Shown: piece by piece, positions 63,881 to 64,000 of the stretch | How positions within the stretch are numbered: position 1 is the first letter of the stretch | How the letters are laid out: each line of letters starts with the position of its first letter | From: Epiperipatus broadwayi | Taxonomy: Eukaryota; Animalia; Onychophora | Assembly: GCA_028023455.1 (NCBI GenBank) | Contig: JAQFVV010000010.1 | Coordinates: forward strand, 8,060,001-8,124,000 | Direction of reading: 5' to 3' | Length of the DNA: 64,000 bases | The notes under the pieces: model-generated | Told to the model about the DNA's origin: nothing | The model's input: only the letters and a program-made list of their open reading frames with translations | Databases searched by the model: none | Position numbers and translations under genes: made by a program

Positions 63881-64000
63881 TTTCTACCTTTTTATAACTC
63901 TGTGGATGGCTTGTGTGACCAAGTCGAAACGTCAGTATATTGATATTAAAAGTTTTTAACACGGATGAACCCGCAAAATATGTATTTTATATATATATAT
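63881..64000 (+). mobile_element. Solo terminal repeat (pLTR) of the 36515-38039 PLE family with a near-intact HHR
   Basis: Matches 37925-38039. HHR at 63897-63936 reads ACT-CTGTGGA-T-GGCTTG(TGTGAC)CAAGTC-GAAA-CG-TC-AGT (A6 mutated to T). (TA)n on both sides. Confidence 0.8.

Overview
Very AT-rich eukaryotic (animal, most likely arthropod; inference) genomic DNA. Almost all of it is intron of one minus-strand receptor tyrosine kinase gene, an ALK/LTK orthologue. Three exons can be spliced in frame: transmembrane (34600-34722), juxtamembrane (31114-31306) and the start of the kinase domain (11627-11717). The flanking exons were not found and probably lie outside the window. The introns contain: (1) a compact Penelope-like element (PLE) in partial-tandem form with a perfect 12-bp TSD (41696-45485); (2) a second, 5'-truncated PLE; (3) about 20 minimal type-I hammerhead ribozyme (HHR) motifs from several small PLE-terminal-repeat families, three of them inside TSD-flanked fold-back insertions; (4) a ~100-bp tRNA-Gly-derived SINE (four copies plus one ancestor-like copy); (5) a Merlin-type MITE carrying several CTCF-like motifs and a Tc1/pogo-type MITE; (6) RTE, Gypsy and CR1/Jockey relics; (7) a diverged ~2.4-kb local duplication. 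The most unusual signal is an HHR core variant, AUGANUA instead of CUGANGA, which swaps the tertiary C3-G8 pair for A3-U8. It recurs with up to three different stem sets. All alignments and folds were done by eye, and relic boundaries are approximate.
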